From IMG/VR virus record IMGVR_UViG_3300044712_001570, positions 1 to 64,000 of that record: a DNA stretch of 64,000 nt; one strand, written 5' to 3'. This document shows positions 45,865 to 56,600 of the stretch, one piece after another. The stretch is from a virus. Under the pieces are notes generated by a model. That model had not been told where the DNA came from, did no database searches, and saw nothing but the letters and a program-made list of their open reading frames with translations. The position numbers were made by a program, and so were the translations under genes. The number at the start of each line of letters is the position of its first letter. The first letter of the stretch is position 1.

Positions 45865-46130
45865 TGTGTTTTATTCGGGTCCTGGGGTTCCTCCTTGGGT
45901 AAATAAACCGCCAAGGCGGGAACCTTCCGGAGGTGAATAAAGACCGCTCGCATAAGCCTTATAAATAGGGCAAGCCTTGGCTTTTCCTTCTGCAGCTTGG
46001 ACCATTCTGCTGGAGTCCTTTGCCACATGACCCAGTTGAATAAAGCCCCTACTAATGGGATGACTATAAAGATAACCGTTAGGGGGTTATTAGCAGCCCA
46101 TAGTTGCATAGCAATAATCCATTTATCCAT
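45861..46130 (-). CDS. Small membrane protein (holin candidate)
   Basis: TM helix TVIFIVIPLVGALFNWVMW; AGGAG RBS before ATG 46130. Confidence 0.45.
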   Translation of the reverse strand: MDKWIIAMQLWAANNPLTVIFIVIPLVGALFNWVMWQRTPAEWSKLQKEKPRLALFIRLMRAVFIHLRKVPALAVYLPKEEPQDPNKTQ

Positions 46131-46173
46131 AGGTAGTATCTCCTGGTCTATCGTAAAGCTTAAAACAATCCAG

Positions 46174-46368
46174 TTATCCATTTGCTACACACCTAGCATG
46201 AGACTTTGCATAGTTCTGCACATGCCTTCGCCATAAGCCAGACTCGCAGAACGCAAAGTGTGTTTGACCACAATGGGTGCACTTTAGAAGAATCTTTATG
46301 GGATGACTACCCTCTGGTGTACCTACAACATGCTTAGCCCATGGAGGGCTATAGTCATTTGGTCCCAT
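46174..46368 (-). CDS. Small Zn-finger-like protein
   Basis: CTHCG...H..C. Confidence 0.55.
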   Translation of the reverse strand: MGPNDYSPPWAKHVVGTPEGSHPIKILLKCTHCGQTHFAFCESGLWRRHVQNYAKSHARCVANG

Positions 46369-46546
46369 TGGCTTTCATCTCCATAAGTTCCTTTTCAAGC
46401 CTTTGCACTTGTTGGGATAGTGCAGCCTTCTCTTGCACTAAGACTTCCATCTCAGATAGAAGAGATGCTACTTGGGAGGACATTAGTTCATGTACTGCAC
46501 CAATAGCATTGGTTGCAGATGCAACTAGATTCTTTACGTTTTTCAT
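46355..46546 (-). CDS. Small coiled-coil protein
   Basis: Heptad pattern, overlaps neighbours. Confidence 0.6.
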   Translation of the reverse strand: MKNVKNLVASATNAIGAVHELMSSQVASLLSEMEVLVQEKAALSQQVQRLEKELMEMKANGTK

Positions 46547-46986
46547 CGGATAACCTGTGGGTGGTGCTTTCCGTTATGTAATGCAACCAAGAGATAATCC
46601 TTGGTTTCTCTTGTTGATCTAATATCCCTAGGGTCTACACCTCGTATTCGAGTAGGTGGAGCAGGAGGCTCTGGAGTAATAACATTCACATCATCCATAT
46701 GGGTATCCCTCCACCCATCCATTACCCTATCGGCATAAACATCAGGTGCTATTGAAGGAGCTTCAAAACATCTTTCGGATGCTTCATAGCCTCTTGTATA
46801 TCCACTTCGATAGCATTCGTTTGCAAATGAAATAGCCATAGCCTCCCATTCGTCTGCAGAGGCATTCGGATGGGAGGCTCTAAACAACTGGATTATCTTG
46901 GCTAATCTAGGGGGTGGTTGTGGTCCTTCATACCAAACACCAAACAACCACTCTATCCACTTCCGCAAGTGTTTTATGAGTGCCAT
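46543..46986 (-). CDS. Hypothetical protein
   Basis: 147 aa, follows structural genes. Confidence 0.7.
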   Translation of the reverse strand: MALIKHLRKWIEWLFGVWYEGPQPPPRLAKIIQLFRASHPNASADEWEAMAISFANECYRSGYTRGYEASERCFEAPSIAPDVYADRVMDGWRDTHMDDVNVITPEPPAPPTRIRGVDPRDIRSTRETKDYLLVALHNGKHHPQVIR

Positions 46987-46993
46987 TCACCAA

Positions 46994-48751
46994 CTATACA
47001 CCATAGCCAACGATGTATCCATAGTTTCGGTAGGCTACTCCTGTGTAGTTAGCAGTCGATACCATCTTGCTCATAAAGATCTTGATTCGAGTAGAGCTAG
47101 TTCCGTAACCAGCTGCATCAGGAGACGGTTGCAGATAAACTCTAATGCGCTTCTCATAAATAGATGCAGGTGGGTCACCTAGGTATGGTGTTTGGCTTAC
47201 GATGTAGGCTCTATCAATAATAGAGTTTTCTGCCTGCACATCAACTTCGTTAGCTCCACCTAGCGTATCACTAACAGCTGCTACGTTTACTAATATATCA
47301 ACATATTTAGCATTAGCAGGTATTGCTGATGCCCCCGCAGTTGTAATATTAGTTCCGGAAGGTGTTAGGGTTGTTTCCCACTGGTACCAGGACGACGAAT
47401 CAGTTGTCTCGGTAAATACGAGGGAATGCGCTATAGTTCCTCGCCATGGGAAGGATAGACCAGGTGAAACCCAACCTGCAGAAGCAGGTTCGATATGAGT
47501 ACCTAATATATTGATAGGGCAATAAGCTGCAGTACCTGAACTCGAATAGGTAAACTCTGCAACTTGAACACCTAACCATGGGGCATTACCAAACCCCATA
47601 GAAGCTTTGAGACTTGTAGTAGGAGTAATATAACCACTTCTCACAACACCTATTGCGGATTTAGCAGCCGTTGCAAAGACTCCATTAGGACCCTTTGGAA
47701 ACCTGCCCGTTATAGCTGCTGTTGCATAGGTATCCGCAGCAACTACAGATTCCAGTGCCCTTGCATATCGAACGAATCTAGTAGGGAACTGGTATGGTAT
47801 AAAGCAGCAAAGTACATTTAGATGTCCTGCTGTTAGGTCTAATGCCCTACAGTTATTATTAGCACTTGCTATATCAACGTAGTCAATATCGGTACCAAAG
47901 CTTCCCTCAGATAAAGTTGGGAACATTAGCCCACCAAGCTCTACCCCGGAAACCTTAGCTTTCCAAACTCCATACTCCCTAGTCTCTGCTGCTCCCGATC
48001 GAACACCCCATACGTTGTTTTCGTTAGAATATTCGATATGTACCGAGCTAGCCGCTCCACCTTCATACGTTGGATTAGGTGCATCCGCAAAGTATCTAAC
48101 ATCGTAGAAGTCGCAGCTAGCGAAGTTAGTACTTGATGGGTATACAAGAATAACCGCTAGGGGAATCCAGTCAGGGTCGATGGTAGGAGCTACACCAACG
48201 GTACCAACTCGAATGCGCCAATCAAATATAGCTTCACTTACCTTGGTAACCGGGTTGGGTACGAACTTTCGTGTGGTCTGGTTATAGATATCCCTACTGA
48301 CACCTGTCTCGGTTGCAGTGTCTACCGGACGGCATTCAACTATATCCACCCGGGTATTACCACCACTATTAGGTGTAAATACCAACGTAGTTATATCTGT
48401 TAGCCCTGGAGTACTTGCAGATATAATATCAGAATCATCTGTACTGCCAGTGGGTCCAGTCCAATAAAGAACTGTACCAGGGTCTACTAATAAGTAGCTT
48501 GGTGCATCTGGACGAACCATAAGACCACCAATAATGCGATGGTGACTAGGTGCAGACGCATGAACAGGGTCTGCACTCCATTCTGCATCGACACCAGGAT
48601 AGGCACCATTAGAACCAATCTTTCTTCTTTGCCCTTGATGCTTCTGCGCAGTAGTTCTTGCCTTCGCAATAAAGGCTTGCATCCGCATAAAGTCATCGGA
48701 GACTAGCCGTTCGCGTGTATTGAATACTTCTCTCTTTTCGCCGTTTGCCAT
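46994..48751 (-). CDS. Virion tail/baseplate-associated protein (tail fibre-like)
   Basis: After baseplate wedge genes; N-terminal NTRER..S.D..R.Q and RVDIVE...PLAVI motifs of fibre-attachment domains. Confidence 0.6.
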   Translation of the reverse strand: MANGEKREVFNTRERLVSDDFMRMQAFIAKARTTAQKHQGQRRKIGSNGAYPGVDAEWSADPVHASAPSHHRIIGGLMVRPDAPSYLLVDPGTVLYWTGPTGSTDDSDIISASTPGLTDITTLVFTPNSGGNTRVDIVECRPVDTATETGVSRDIYNQTTRKFVPNPVTKVSEAIFDWRIRVGTVGVAPTIDPDWIPLAVILVYPSSTNFASCDFYDVRYFADAPNPTYEGGAASSVHIEYSNENNVWGVRSGAAETREYGVWKAKVSGVELGGLMFPTLSEGSFGTDIDYVDIASANNNCRALDLTAGHLNVLCCFIPYQFPTRFVRYARALESVVAADTYATAAITGRFPKGPNGVFATAAKSAIGVVRSGYITPTTSLKASMGFGNAPWLGVQVAEFTYSSSGTAAYCPINILGTHIEPASAGWVSPGLSFPWRGTIAHSLVFTETTDSSSWYQWETTLTPSGTNITTAGASAIPANAKYVDILVNVAAVSDTLGGANEVDVQAENSIIDRAYIVSQTPYLGDPPASIYEKRIRVYLQPSPDAAGYGTSSTRIKIFMSKMVSTANYTGVAYRNYGYIVGYGV

Positions 48752-48763
48752 GTTCGTAGTCTC

Positions 48764-50419
48764 CTATACGCAGCCATTAGATTCTATGTAAATATCGAAC
48801 GATACACCACCTGCTTTGCACCTGTCGAGTGCAGCCCAGATGCTTGCATAGACTTCACTTTGGTTATTATTCTCACCATCAAAGCATGCAAACTGTTCGT
48901 CTACTGCCGTTGTATCAAGCGCATTTTCTATTGGAAAGATATCGCCAATAGCTCCATCAAAGGCTGCACCAAATATGTTTTGAGACATATCCGGTACACC
49001 CATAAGAAAGAAGCCCCTCATCTCCCTAACCGAAAAGAGTACCTTCCATTCATCAGTAGGGGTTAGGGTAGGGTCGATATCGAATGCAAAGTTGGTAGCA
49101 GGGTCTTGTACTGCATCTTGACTAGAACCTGCATCGAAGTATAGACCAGCCAACTTATTCATGTCCCCTGCTTCTCTAAAGCAGGCTCTTGAACCTAATG
49201 GGGCTAATATTCGATTAACAGCTCTAATCAAAGCATTAGGGGCAACTACATCAGCTATCTCAGCTACCCTAGTTCGATAGCTTGCATCTAGTTCACCGCC
49301 TGCCCTATCTATTCCTCTTCCTCTGCCTATCTCGTCCAGCCATGCATTATCACCACCAGTAGGTGATAATGTATTGGTAACAACTAGCCCATAACCAGTT
49401 GTAAAGCTAACTACTTCCCAGTCTGGTACAGCTTGGGTTGTTATGGTGGATGCGTATGCAATACGACCTACTATTGCGCTAGCACCTGATGTTAAACCCA
49501 TAACTGCATCTGTTAGTGCAGCAGGTGTACCAGATATTAGTTGGTACACCATAAGGCTTTCCCCATGAACACTAGTAGGACCTAATAGTAATATTCCTGT
49601 TCCTTGTATAGCTCCGCCAGTCCCACCTGTTCGAATCTCAATAGCTTCACCATCGGTAAAGGTTCCGGTAGGGGTTACAGCAGGTGAGAAAGGGGTATCG
49701 AGTAGAATCTCCCCACCATGAACACCTACACTAGGTGGTGCATACCCTATAATCCTAGATGCTTTATTATCATTAGCACCATTAGTGAACTGAATATAAT
49801 ACCCAAGCTGAGACGGTAATAATACGTCAGGCTCCATTCCAAGCGTTAGCAAGGATTGAATACCTGATGTAACGGATATAGCAGTATTATTAAAGTCTGC
49901 TCCGAACTCTACTACCCCTGTCAGACTATCCGGTAGGGGGTTATTATACCCATACCCATCCTTCTCTGCTATGGCCCATACAGTCTTTGGTCCCATCTCA
50001 CCAGGTGCAAAGACTAGGGGTTGCTCAAGCAAGAATATTCTTCCTGTTTCCGCAACTACTCCACCATTCTCACCCCAGTCTATTTGCTCCTCTTGGACTT
50101 GGAATCCTGTCTCTAATACGAGTGGTTCTTGTAGCCGAAGGGTTCTTGAGAAGGTTAGTTCCACCCTAGCCCTAGCTCCACCACTTGCTGGCAGGTCACT
50201 TTGGCCACTCCAGGGGGATATAAACATGGACTGAAAGGTTCGATTGATAGCACCACTTACACGAGCAGCTTGCTCACATGCTTGGGTAATAACCTCCAAG
50301 CCATTACCAGAGCCAGCCTTCTCAAGTGCTTGTGCATACCGTTCATCTACTGACGAACGCCATATGGCATACATATCCGCAAGAGTGTATGCCCCTATTT
50401 TGGATGAACCTTTTTTCAT
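48764..50419 (-). CDS. Baseplate wedge protein
   Basis: Follows baseplate J; LDEIG..RGI.R..GE.D..YR.R motif. Confidence 0.65.
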   Translation of the reverse strand: MKKGSSKIGAYTLADMYAIWRSSVDERYAQALEKAGSGNGLEVITQACEQAARVSGAINRTFQSMFISPWSGQSDLPASGGARARVELTFSRTLRLQEPLVLETGFQVQEEQIDWGENGGVVAETGRIFLLEQPLVFAPGEMGPKTVWAIAEKDGYGYNNPLPDSLTGVVEFGADFNNTAISVTSGIQSLLTLGMEPDVLLPSQLGYYIQFTNGANDNKASRIIGYAPPSVGVHGGEILLDTPFSPAVTPTGTFTDGEAIEIRTGGTGGAIQGTGILLLGPTSVHGESLMVYQLISGTPAALTDAVMGLTSGASAIVGRIAYASTITTQAVPDWEVVSFTTGYGLVVTNTLSPTGGDNAWLDEIGRGRGIDRAGGELDASYRTRVAEIADVVAPNALIRAVNRILAPLGSRACFREAGDMNKLAGLYFDAGSSQDAVQDPATNFAFDIDPTLTPTDEWKVLFSVREMRGFFLMGVPDMSQNIFGAAFDGAIGDIFPIENALDTTAVDEQFACFDGENNNQSEVYASIWAALDRCKAGGVSFDIYIESNGCV

Positions 50420-51549
50420 TACTGGATAACCACTAGGTCAGTTGTTGTTCTAATGGTTTGCCCTGGTGTTGGTATAATATCCCCTACAGGTGCTACTACA
50501 CTATTCTGGTCTATTATTAGACCATCCTCTTTATATCTACTCAATACAACTAATATATCTGCAACTGTTAGTTTTGCATTAACAGGTAGACTATTAATGT
50601 ATTCAACTACAGAGGATTGAACATTACCCGCCAAGGCAACTGTATCTACATTAGCTCTAAAGGCTAACTTCAATAGTATACTCACTAGCTGTGGTTTACT
50701 TGTCATTACTATAACAGCTATACCACCTGCCCTATATTCTAGTAGTTGAGTCTCGACTTTCTTAGCCAATGCAGCAGACGCAACTCCTGAGGAGTCCGAG
50801 ATGTATAGGATAACAACCCTCGCCGGTAGCGTAAGAATGACACCATTGAGGTTGAGAGTTTCAGTAACTTCGACGGCTTGTGCAGATACAACACCCGGCA
50901 CCTCCCTAGCACCGAACTCGATAGCACCCAAAGTTCCACGCCTAGCAGAAGGCCAAAAATCACGACCACGTTCTCTAAAGTCATCGTTACCCTCCGCATC
51001 CTCTCCACCAGCCGCAGCCTCGTCGTTATTGACTTGAATCGTAGGATCAAAGAGTGCCCCAGGAGTCACAATCGATCGGATAGTGTTTGCACCTGCTTGT
51101 GTAGCTTTGCCTGCTTCTGCAGCTCGTACATCTGCAATAGATGTTAGGTCTGTTGTTCCAAAGCTTGCAGCACTGGTTGTTATGTACACCGCACCAGACA
51201 AGGTTCTTATCTGGGTATCTTTAGGGATAACGCCAGACGTCCCACTTGTTGCTCGATAGAACCTAACCGTTCCAACTGCACTAGATGCCCCCTTTCGAAG
51301 CATCTTGTATTCATCATATAACCATCGGTCTAGGTCTTGGTCTTCGCAACCATCAAGTGTTTTCTTGGCTACTTCATACCCTAGTTGGTCGACAACGCGC
51401 TTTAGCATTACCGATACAGACCCAACAAAGATATTAGCATCGGAGCCAAGTACATCGACTTGCGTAGGGTCAATGCGCTTTGCACGTTGCACTAGATGGT
51501 CTCTACCAAGTGCATACAAATCGAGTCTAGTGGGCATATCGAGAGGCAT
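50419..51549 (-). CDS. Baseplate J-like protein
   Basis: LDRW...RKGA..A.GTV.F, GGEDAE.ND.FRER, RRGT..AIE, RAGGI.V. Confidence 0.88.
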   Translation of the reverse strand: MPLDMPTRLDLYALGRDHLVQRAKRIDPTQVDVLGSDANIFVGSVSVMLKRVVDQLGYEVAKKTLDGCEDQDLDRWLYDEYKMLRKGASSAVGTVRFYRATSGTSGVIPKDTQIRTLSGAVYITTSAASFGTTDLTSIADVRAAEAGKATQAGANTIRSIVTPGALFDPTIQVNNDEAAAGGEDAEGNDDFRERGRDFWPSARRGTLGAIEFGAREVPGVVSAQAVEVTETLNLNGVILTLPARVVILYISDSSGVASAALAKKVETQLLEYRAGGIAVIVMTSKPQLVSILLKLAFRANVDTVALAGNVQSSVVEYINSLPVNAKLTVADILVVLSRYKEDGLIIDQNSVVAPVGDIIPTPGQTIRTTTDLVVIQ

Positions 51550-51565
51550 GCGGATAATAGTAACA
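51550..51565 (-). promoter_or_regulatory. Extended -10 leaderless promoter candidate
   Basis: TGTTACTAT-N7-ATG; same layout at 57476-57491. Confidence 0.5.
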
Positions 51566-51596
51566 CTACAAGAGTCTCGGAGCCATTACGGCTTTT

Positions 51597-51606
51597 GGTG
51601 CAATCT
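51597..51606 (+). promoter_or_regulatory. GGYGCAAYCT phage promoter motif
   Basis: GGTGCAATCT-N7-AAGAATG upstream of the inverted gene. Confidence 0.6.
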
Positions 51607-51608
51607 CT

Positions 51609-52361
51609 ATGATAAGAATGGAATCACTAAAAACCACGCAGGATACGTTTATCGAGATAGTGAATACCTACACTGCTTGCCCTCATTGTGTAGCCACTAC
51701 TACCAACCCTAATAAATTAACTAGGGTGCTTGAGATTCGTAGTTGCCATGAAAGGTATGCAGTAGAGAACATCACTAGAAACCCTTTATTCGTAGGTAGT
51801 AGTGATGGGAGTCGTGACTATAGTATTCATTCCTTATCCGAAGTTAATAGACGAAGAGCACGTTCTAAAAGTGCAATAGAACCACAATCCAACTGGGTTC
51901 TAGGTATGTGTGCTGTTTCATCGTTTAAGATATGTGGTGTAGAATACATACCTAAATGGGTTCAAAACCTATTTGATCTACATCCAACTGCAGATGATAC
52001 TCGACGTATTAAGTCCATGCTTGCAAAGCGAAACATAGAGCTATTCAAGAGCCTTCTTGATAAAGATGAAACGATTCTTAAGAAGGAAGTTACTAATCCC
52101 ACAACCATAACAGCTCTTACACATAGGCCGGTTTCGATTCTTGCGGATACCTTATGGTCTACAGCTAGTATCGAACAGCTTACTGCATTCAATAGTGTTT
52201 TCTCATTATCTATGGGGGATACAACGAACGTATGGCCAAAGAGAAACATAAAACCAGTCCTAGACTTTATCAATAATGTACTTCTTGAAAACCCTACTGT
52301 TCCGGAAGTGCTAGCTCATATTTTGACGGTGACCCTTCGAAAGGTTCAACCAGTACGATAA
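51609..52361 (+). CDS. Hypothetical protein in opposite orientation within the baseplate module
   Basis: 250-aa ORF with CPHC; own promoter motif; start may be 51618. Confidence 0.75.
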   Translation: MIRMESLKTTQDTFIEIVNTYTACPHCVATTTNPNKLTRVLEIRSCHERYAVENITRNPLFVGSSDGSRDYSIHSLSEVNRRRARSKSAIEPQSNWVLGMCAVSSFKICGVEYIPKWVQNLFDLHPTADDTRRIKSMLAKRNIELFKSLLDKDETILKKEVTNPTTITALTHRPVSILADTLWSTASIEQLTAFNSVFSLSMGDTTNVWPKRNIKPVLDFINNVLLENPTVPEVLAHILTVTLRKVQPVR

Positions 52362-53160
52362 TGGTTGCAAGACCATTCGTAGTAGTTCGCATCTGCACTT
52401 TACCCTTCTTAACACCCGGGTCTTGCGTTATCTGCTTTTCATAGTCTGCTATCTTGGTCTGTCGCTCCGAAGCAGTTAGCAACCTTTTACCAAGGTCATA
52501 GATACCAACACCCCATCCAGGTAGATGAGCAAAGCCATCTTTCTTGGTTATACCTATGCGAAGTACTCTCTTCTGCAATCCTATAGCACCGTCATCATAT
52601 GCATAATCACCTGTATCATCTGCTCTGTAGGTACCTAGGTATTCATCGACATTAGGTAACCCAAGTAAAGACTTTGCTGTTTGCGGATTAGCAAAGTCTC
52701 TTCCACTAGCTTCTAATGCACTGTTAGCAGGTTCTACCTTCTGGTGCATTGATGGGATGCTAGCAGTTGTTACAGTGAATACATATGCAAGGTTATTGGT
52801 CCATAGCCAATCTGCTTGAAGGGAATATTGGGCAGGCCATGGAGTCATAGGACGGTCTAGGTATAAGTCAATAATACTTTGACCTAAGGCATCGGTACCA
52901 ACTTCAACAACGCTAACAACCGTCACAGGCCATACCGTGGACCCCTCTAGCCCTGTTGTATTAGCTACGGGTGAAACAACCCACTTAGCAGGGTAGGAAG
53001 CGTCCTCTGCATCTAAAAGGCCTGTAAAGTAGGCCGCAAAGGGCAATGTCACCCGGATCACATTCTCCCGTAATGCAATAGCATCTGCGGTACCTGTCAT
53101 AGGGGTGATAGAACTTCCATCACCCCATGGAGTGCTTCCCCATAGTGTTCCATAAGGCAT
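52294..53160 (-). CDS. Baseplate wedge protein with C-terminal gp25-like domain
   Basis: TGDYA..G..GLQKR..T..DGFAHLPGWGVG..QI.QDP.V. Confidence 0.7.
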   Translation of the reverse strand: MPYGTLWGSTPWGDGSSITPMTGTADAIALRENVIRVTLPFAAYFTGLLDAEDASYPAKWVVSPVANTTGLEGSTVWPVTVVSVVEVGTDALGQSIIDLYLDRPMTPWPAQYSLQADWLWTNNLAYVFTVTTASIPSMHQKVEPANSALEASGRDFANPQTAKSLLGLPNVDEYLGTYRADDTGDYAYDDGAIGLQKRVLRIGITKKDGFAHLPGWGVGIYDLGKRLLTASERQTKIADYEKQITQDPGVKKGKVQMRTTTNGLATIIVLVEPFEGSPSKYELALPEQ

Positions 53161-53684
53161 TAGGGGTTCCTCGCTGTATGGCTAGACTGTTGATGCTCCG
53201 TCTTTAAAGCGTTCACCATATTGGTATACATGTTCCACTGAGCCCATGCGACACCAGCTATTCCAACTAGTATTCCAACTAGCATAGGAACAATCCACGC
53301 TTCCCTGCTTAGCTTGGTTTTTATTCGTACAGATGCATCCTTCTCTGCAACCTTTTCTCTTTCAGCTCGTTGTGTTTCAAACTGTATGAGCTGCTTGAGA
53401 TCAGTCGATTGCTCTTTGAGCATACCTTCATGACCTTGGAGCTTGGTATCGACTGCGGATGTATGGCGTTCCCATGCCCGGAAGGTTGTTTGCATCTCGT
53501 GTTCACTCCTATCACTGACTGTCTTGGCTTCTAGCGCTTGGTCCTGTGCCCGCTTTACCTCACTACGCACATGATTCACTTCATTCGTAAGAGTATTAAT
53601 GGAACTATGAAGCAGACGCACATCCTCCGATAAGGATTGGATTGCGTGCTGCATCTGGCATGGTTGGTCGTGATTAGGCGGCAT
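53160..53684 (-). CDS. Coiled-coil protein with C-terminal TM helix (possible lysis/membrane protein)
   Basis: Long coiled coil then WIVPMLVGILVGIAGVAW. Confidence 0.55.
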   Translation of the reverse strand: MPPNHDQPCQMQHAIQSLSEDVRLLHSSINTLTNEVNHVRSEVKRAQDQALEAKTVSDRSEHEMQTTFRAWERHTSAVDTKLQGHEGMLKEQSTDLKQLIQFETQRAEREKVAEKDASVRIKTKLSREAWIVPMLVGILVGIAGVAWAQWNMYTNMVNALKTEHQQSSHTARNP

Positions 53685-53695
53685 ATGTCACCTCA

Positions 53696-56600
53696 TTATC
53701 CAAGGTCTGTTGGAGTTCCACCACGTTTTAACCGATAGTGAATACCGCAGTTACCTATAGCGAAGTTCGCTTGTGATGTATTTAACGTCTTGGATGTTTT
53801 GAAGGTATCGCTCAGGTTAGTACCCAAGCGAGCTAACAAAACCTTCAACCATAAACCTGCACCTGGTGTAGCTGGTGGGGCTATTGTGGCTAATGCCTTG
53901 TACTTATACTTAAATAAGTCCGCACCTGAGAATGGAATAGTTACGGATATATTCGTACTAGTCCAACCAGTGTCAGCAGGTATCTCATCACCATTCTTTG
54001 TGTAGCAATACTTTAGTAAAAAGTAGGCTACTAAATCAGTACTAGGTGGGGGTGTAGCACAAGGTGCATAATGCATATGCAACATGAGGTTCGATAGCTG
54101 GTCCCATGCATGTGGAAGTTCAAAGTTATAGGATAGATAAACATCCCTATCATGCCTTAAGTATGCAGATATTGACCCTGCTACATCTCTCCATGGTTCA
54201 TAAGTTATCACGCTACTTCCAGTAGCTGCGACGAATGGGCTGACGTTATAATCTTCCCATACAGATTGAGTATTGTTTAGTATTATCCACTTAGCTAATG
54301 TTACATCATAATACAACCTAGCGGATGCATATGGGCCTAATACAATATCAGAACCTGCTGGATTAACGATTCGATTTGCGGCAGCAGAACTGGAACTAGA
54401 ATGGCTTAATGTGATTGAGTACGTAGAGTCTACATTGATGATATCTTTATAATGAAGTTTGAATCCGGTCTTTGGGTTGTAATCTTGTGGGGTAACCGCT
54501 AATAGACCTGTAATTGTTCTATCAGCACCGTTAGTAGATACCCTAACAAGAGCAGCTGTATTCCAATCGGTGGGAGCATAATCGTTCTGATTAGCAGCAA
54601 GTGCAGTTGGAGTAATAACAGGATGCTCAGATGCAGGGTCGACCCGAGCCCTAGGGCAGCTTGCACTCCAGTTAGATGCGTTTGGTTGGCTTGGTTCTAT
54701 ATAAGACGAATCATCACAATAAACGGATATAACACCAGCACCGGATAGACAATCCGCACCTATTCTTGACCCATCAAGAAGATAGATACGAAGGTCTGCT
54801 GTACCTGCAGACGAAAACATATTGGGTCCATAAAACTCGCTGCGTCTACATATGATAACAGTTCGAGCACCTGATGTAGTACTACAGTCAAAGGTTATGC
54901 GCTTATTATCTAGCTGCAAGAAGTAGCAGTTTTCAATCTCACATTCTTGTGCCATTAGATTGAAGTTGAATAACCCGCGACCATCTGGTGTAACTAGGTT
55001 ATCCCTGTTAATATATAGGTTTTTAATTCCTTTAGGATTTACAAATTGTGTTGAGGAAGTACTACTAGATACTTGCTGAAACCCTAAGGTTCTATTGTTT
55101 ATAGAGTTCCCACCTACAGCACCACTAGTGGCAGACCGAACATCACCAACTAAAACACCACGTGCTTGTAGGTCCCATGTTCCAAAAGGTATCTTATATT
55201 CATCTGGTGATGGGTACATAGCACCACCATCACTTATTAGTATTTGTTGAATACCTGTAGTGGAGTTACTAAATACTGACATCAGGTTAGACCAGCTCTT
55301 ATAGCTAGCACCTAGGTCGGAGTTACCAAATGTTAAATGGCTTGTAGACCAATCGTAGATAGCACCGGGTTGAAAGTACTGTTCACTATCGAACTTACTA
55401 TGGCACGTCTTTTCAAGGGTATAATACCCCATCATATCTGAGTTGATAATAGCATTAGAGTTAATAGTAGAGAATGGTTCCATTCGTATGGTGGAGCCAC
55501 TACCACTACCGAGAACATCTATACTAGATGCACTAGCAGCAGAACTTGTAGTTGGGGAACCTTGAATGGTTGTTCCTTCACCTACTACTAATGTACCTGA
55601 TGTTCTTAGTCTAACTACAGGAACAATCTTAGCATCTGCTGGATTAGTTAAAAGAACACATTGTTCGAGTTTAGTAACCCCATATACATCTATAATAGGT
55701 GTGGGGGATAAGTCATCCCTATATAGGAATAGACGTTTTACTACTATAGGGTCTCTGAATGTAGTTCTACCTTGAAGAATAGAAAGGCTAGATTCTGCAC
55801 CTACTAAGGAACCCCTACTTGCAAGATTTACCGTCTCTATGGGTAAAGGAACAGTATTGGTGGATGCAGCTCCCGCACTAAATGCAATAGTTACAGGTCC
55901 ATTGCTATATGTGAAAGCTCTTTTAACCTGGTTCCAATCGGAGTACTCCCCTATAGCTTGTGTAGGACAAACATTCTCCCCTACAGTGCTACTAGGTTTA
56001 TATGTAACTACGGATTCAGGTATACCCCTCATAATAGTGAGGTATCCATCTATTACACTATTCTCTGTATATATCTCACACCCACCGGGAACTGGTGAAT
56101 ATATACCTGTTTGCTCTATAGTTGATTTGTCACAGTATACTACTAGGGAAGGACCTTGTGGTAACCATGAGTTATTGTAATCGACCTGAACTGAATGGTC
56201 TGTAATAAGAGACCCATCTAATACATACATCTCCATATCGTTACGGGTACCAGGATAGCCCGGGTTTTCTACCCATATCATTGGAGTATTGCCATCACTA
56301 TCGATGGTAGCATTTACCATAAAGAACTTAGAGAATGGGTCAAAGACCATACGTCTTTGAGGTGTGCTTCCCCAGTCATATGCACTAGTGTTCTTAAGTA
56401 CCATATTCTCAAGAACAGCTAGATTCTTAATAACAGTTAGTACGCTTACATCTAGTGTTAGTGTTGGAGAGCCTAGCTTTACCTTATCAGATATGAGCCT
56501 TACCCTCGATTCAAAATCTAATACAATAGGCCCTGCTGTTAGGTCACCTACTGGTAGTGCTTCTGTTGCAATGGAAAAGTCTACATAGATATCGACTTGG

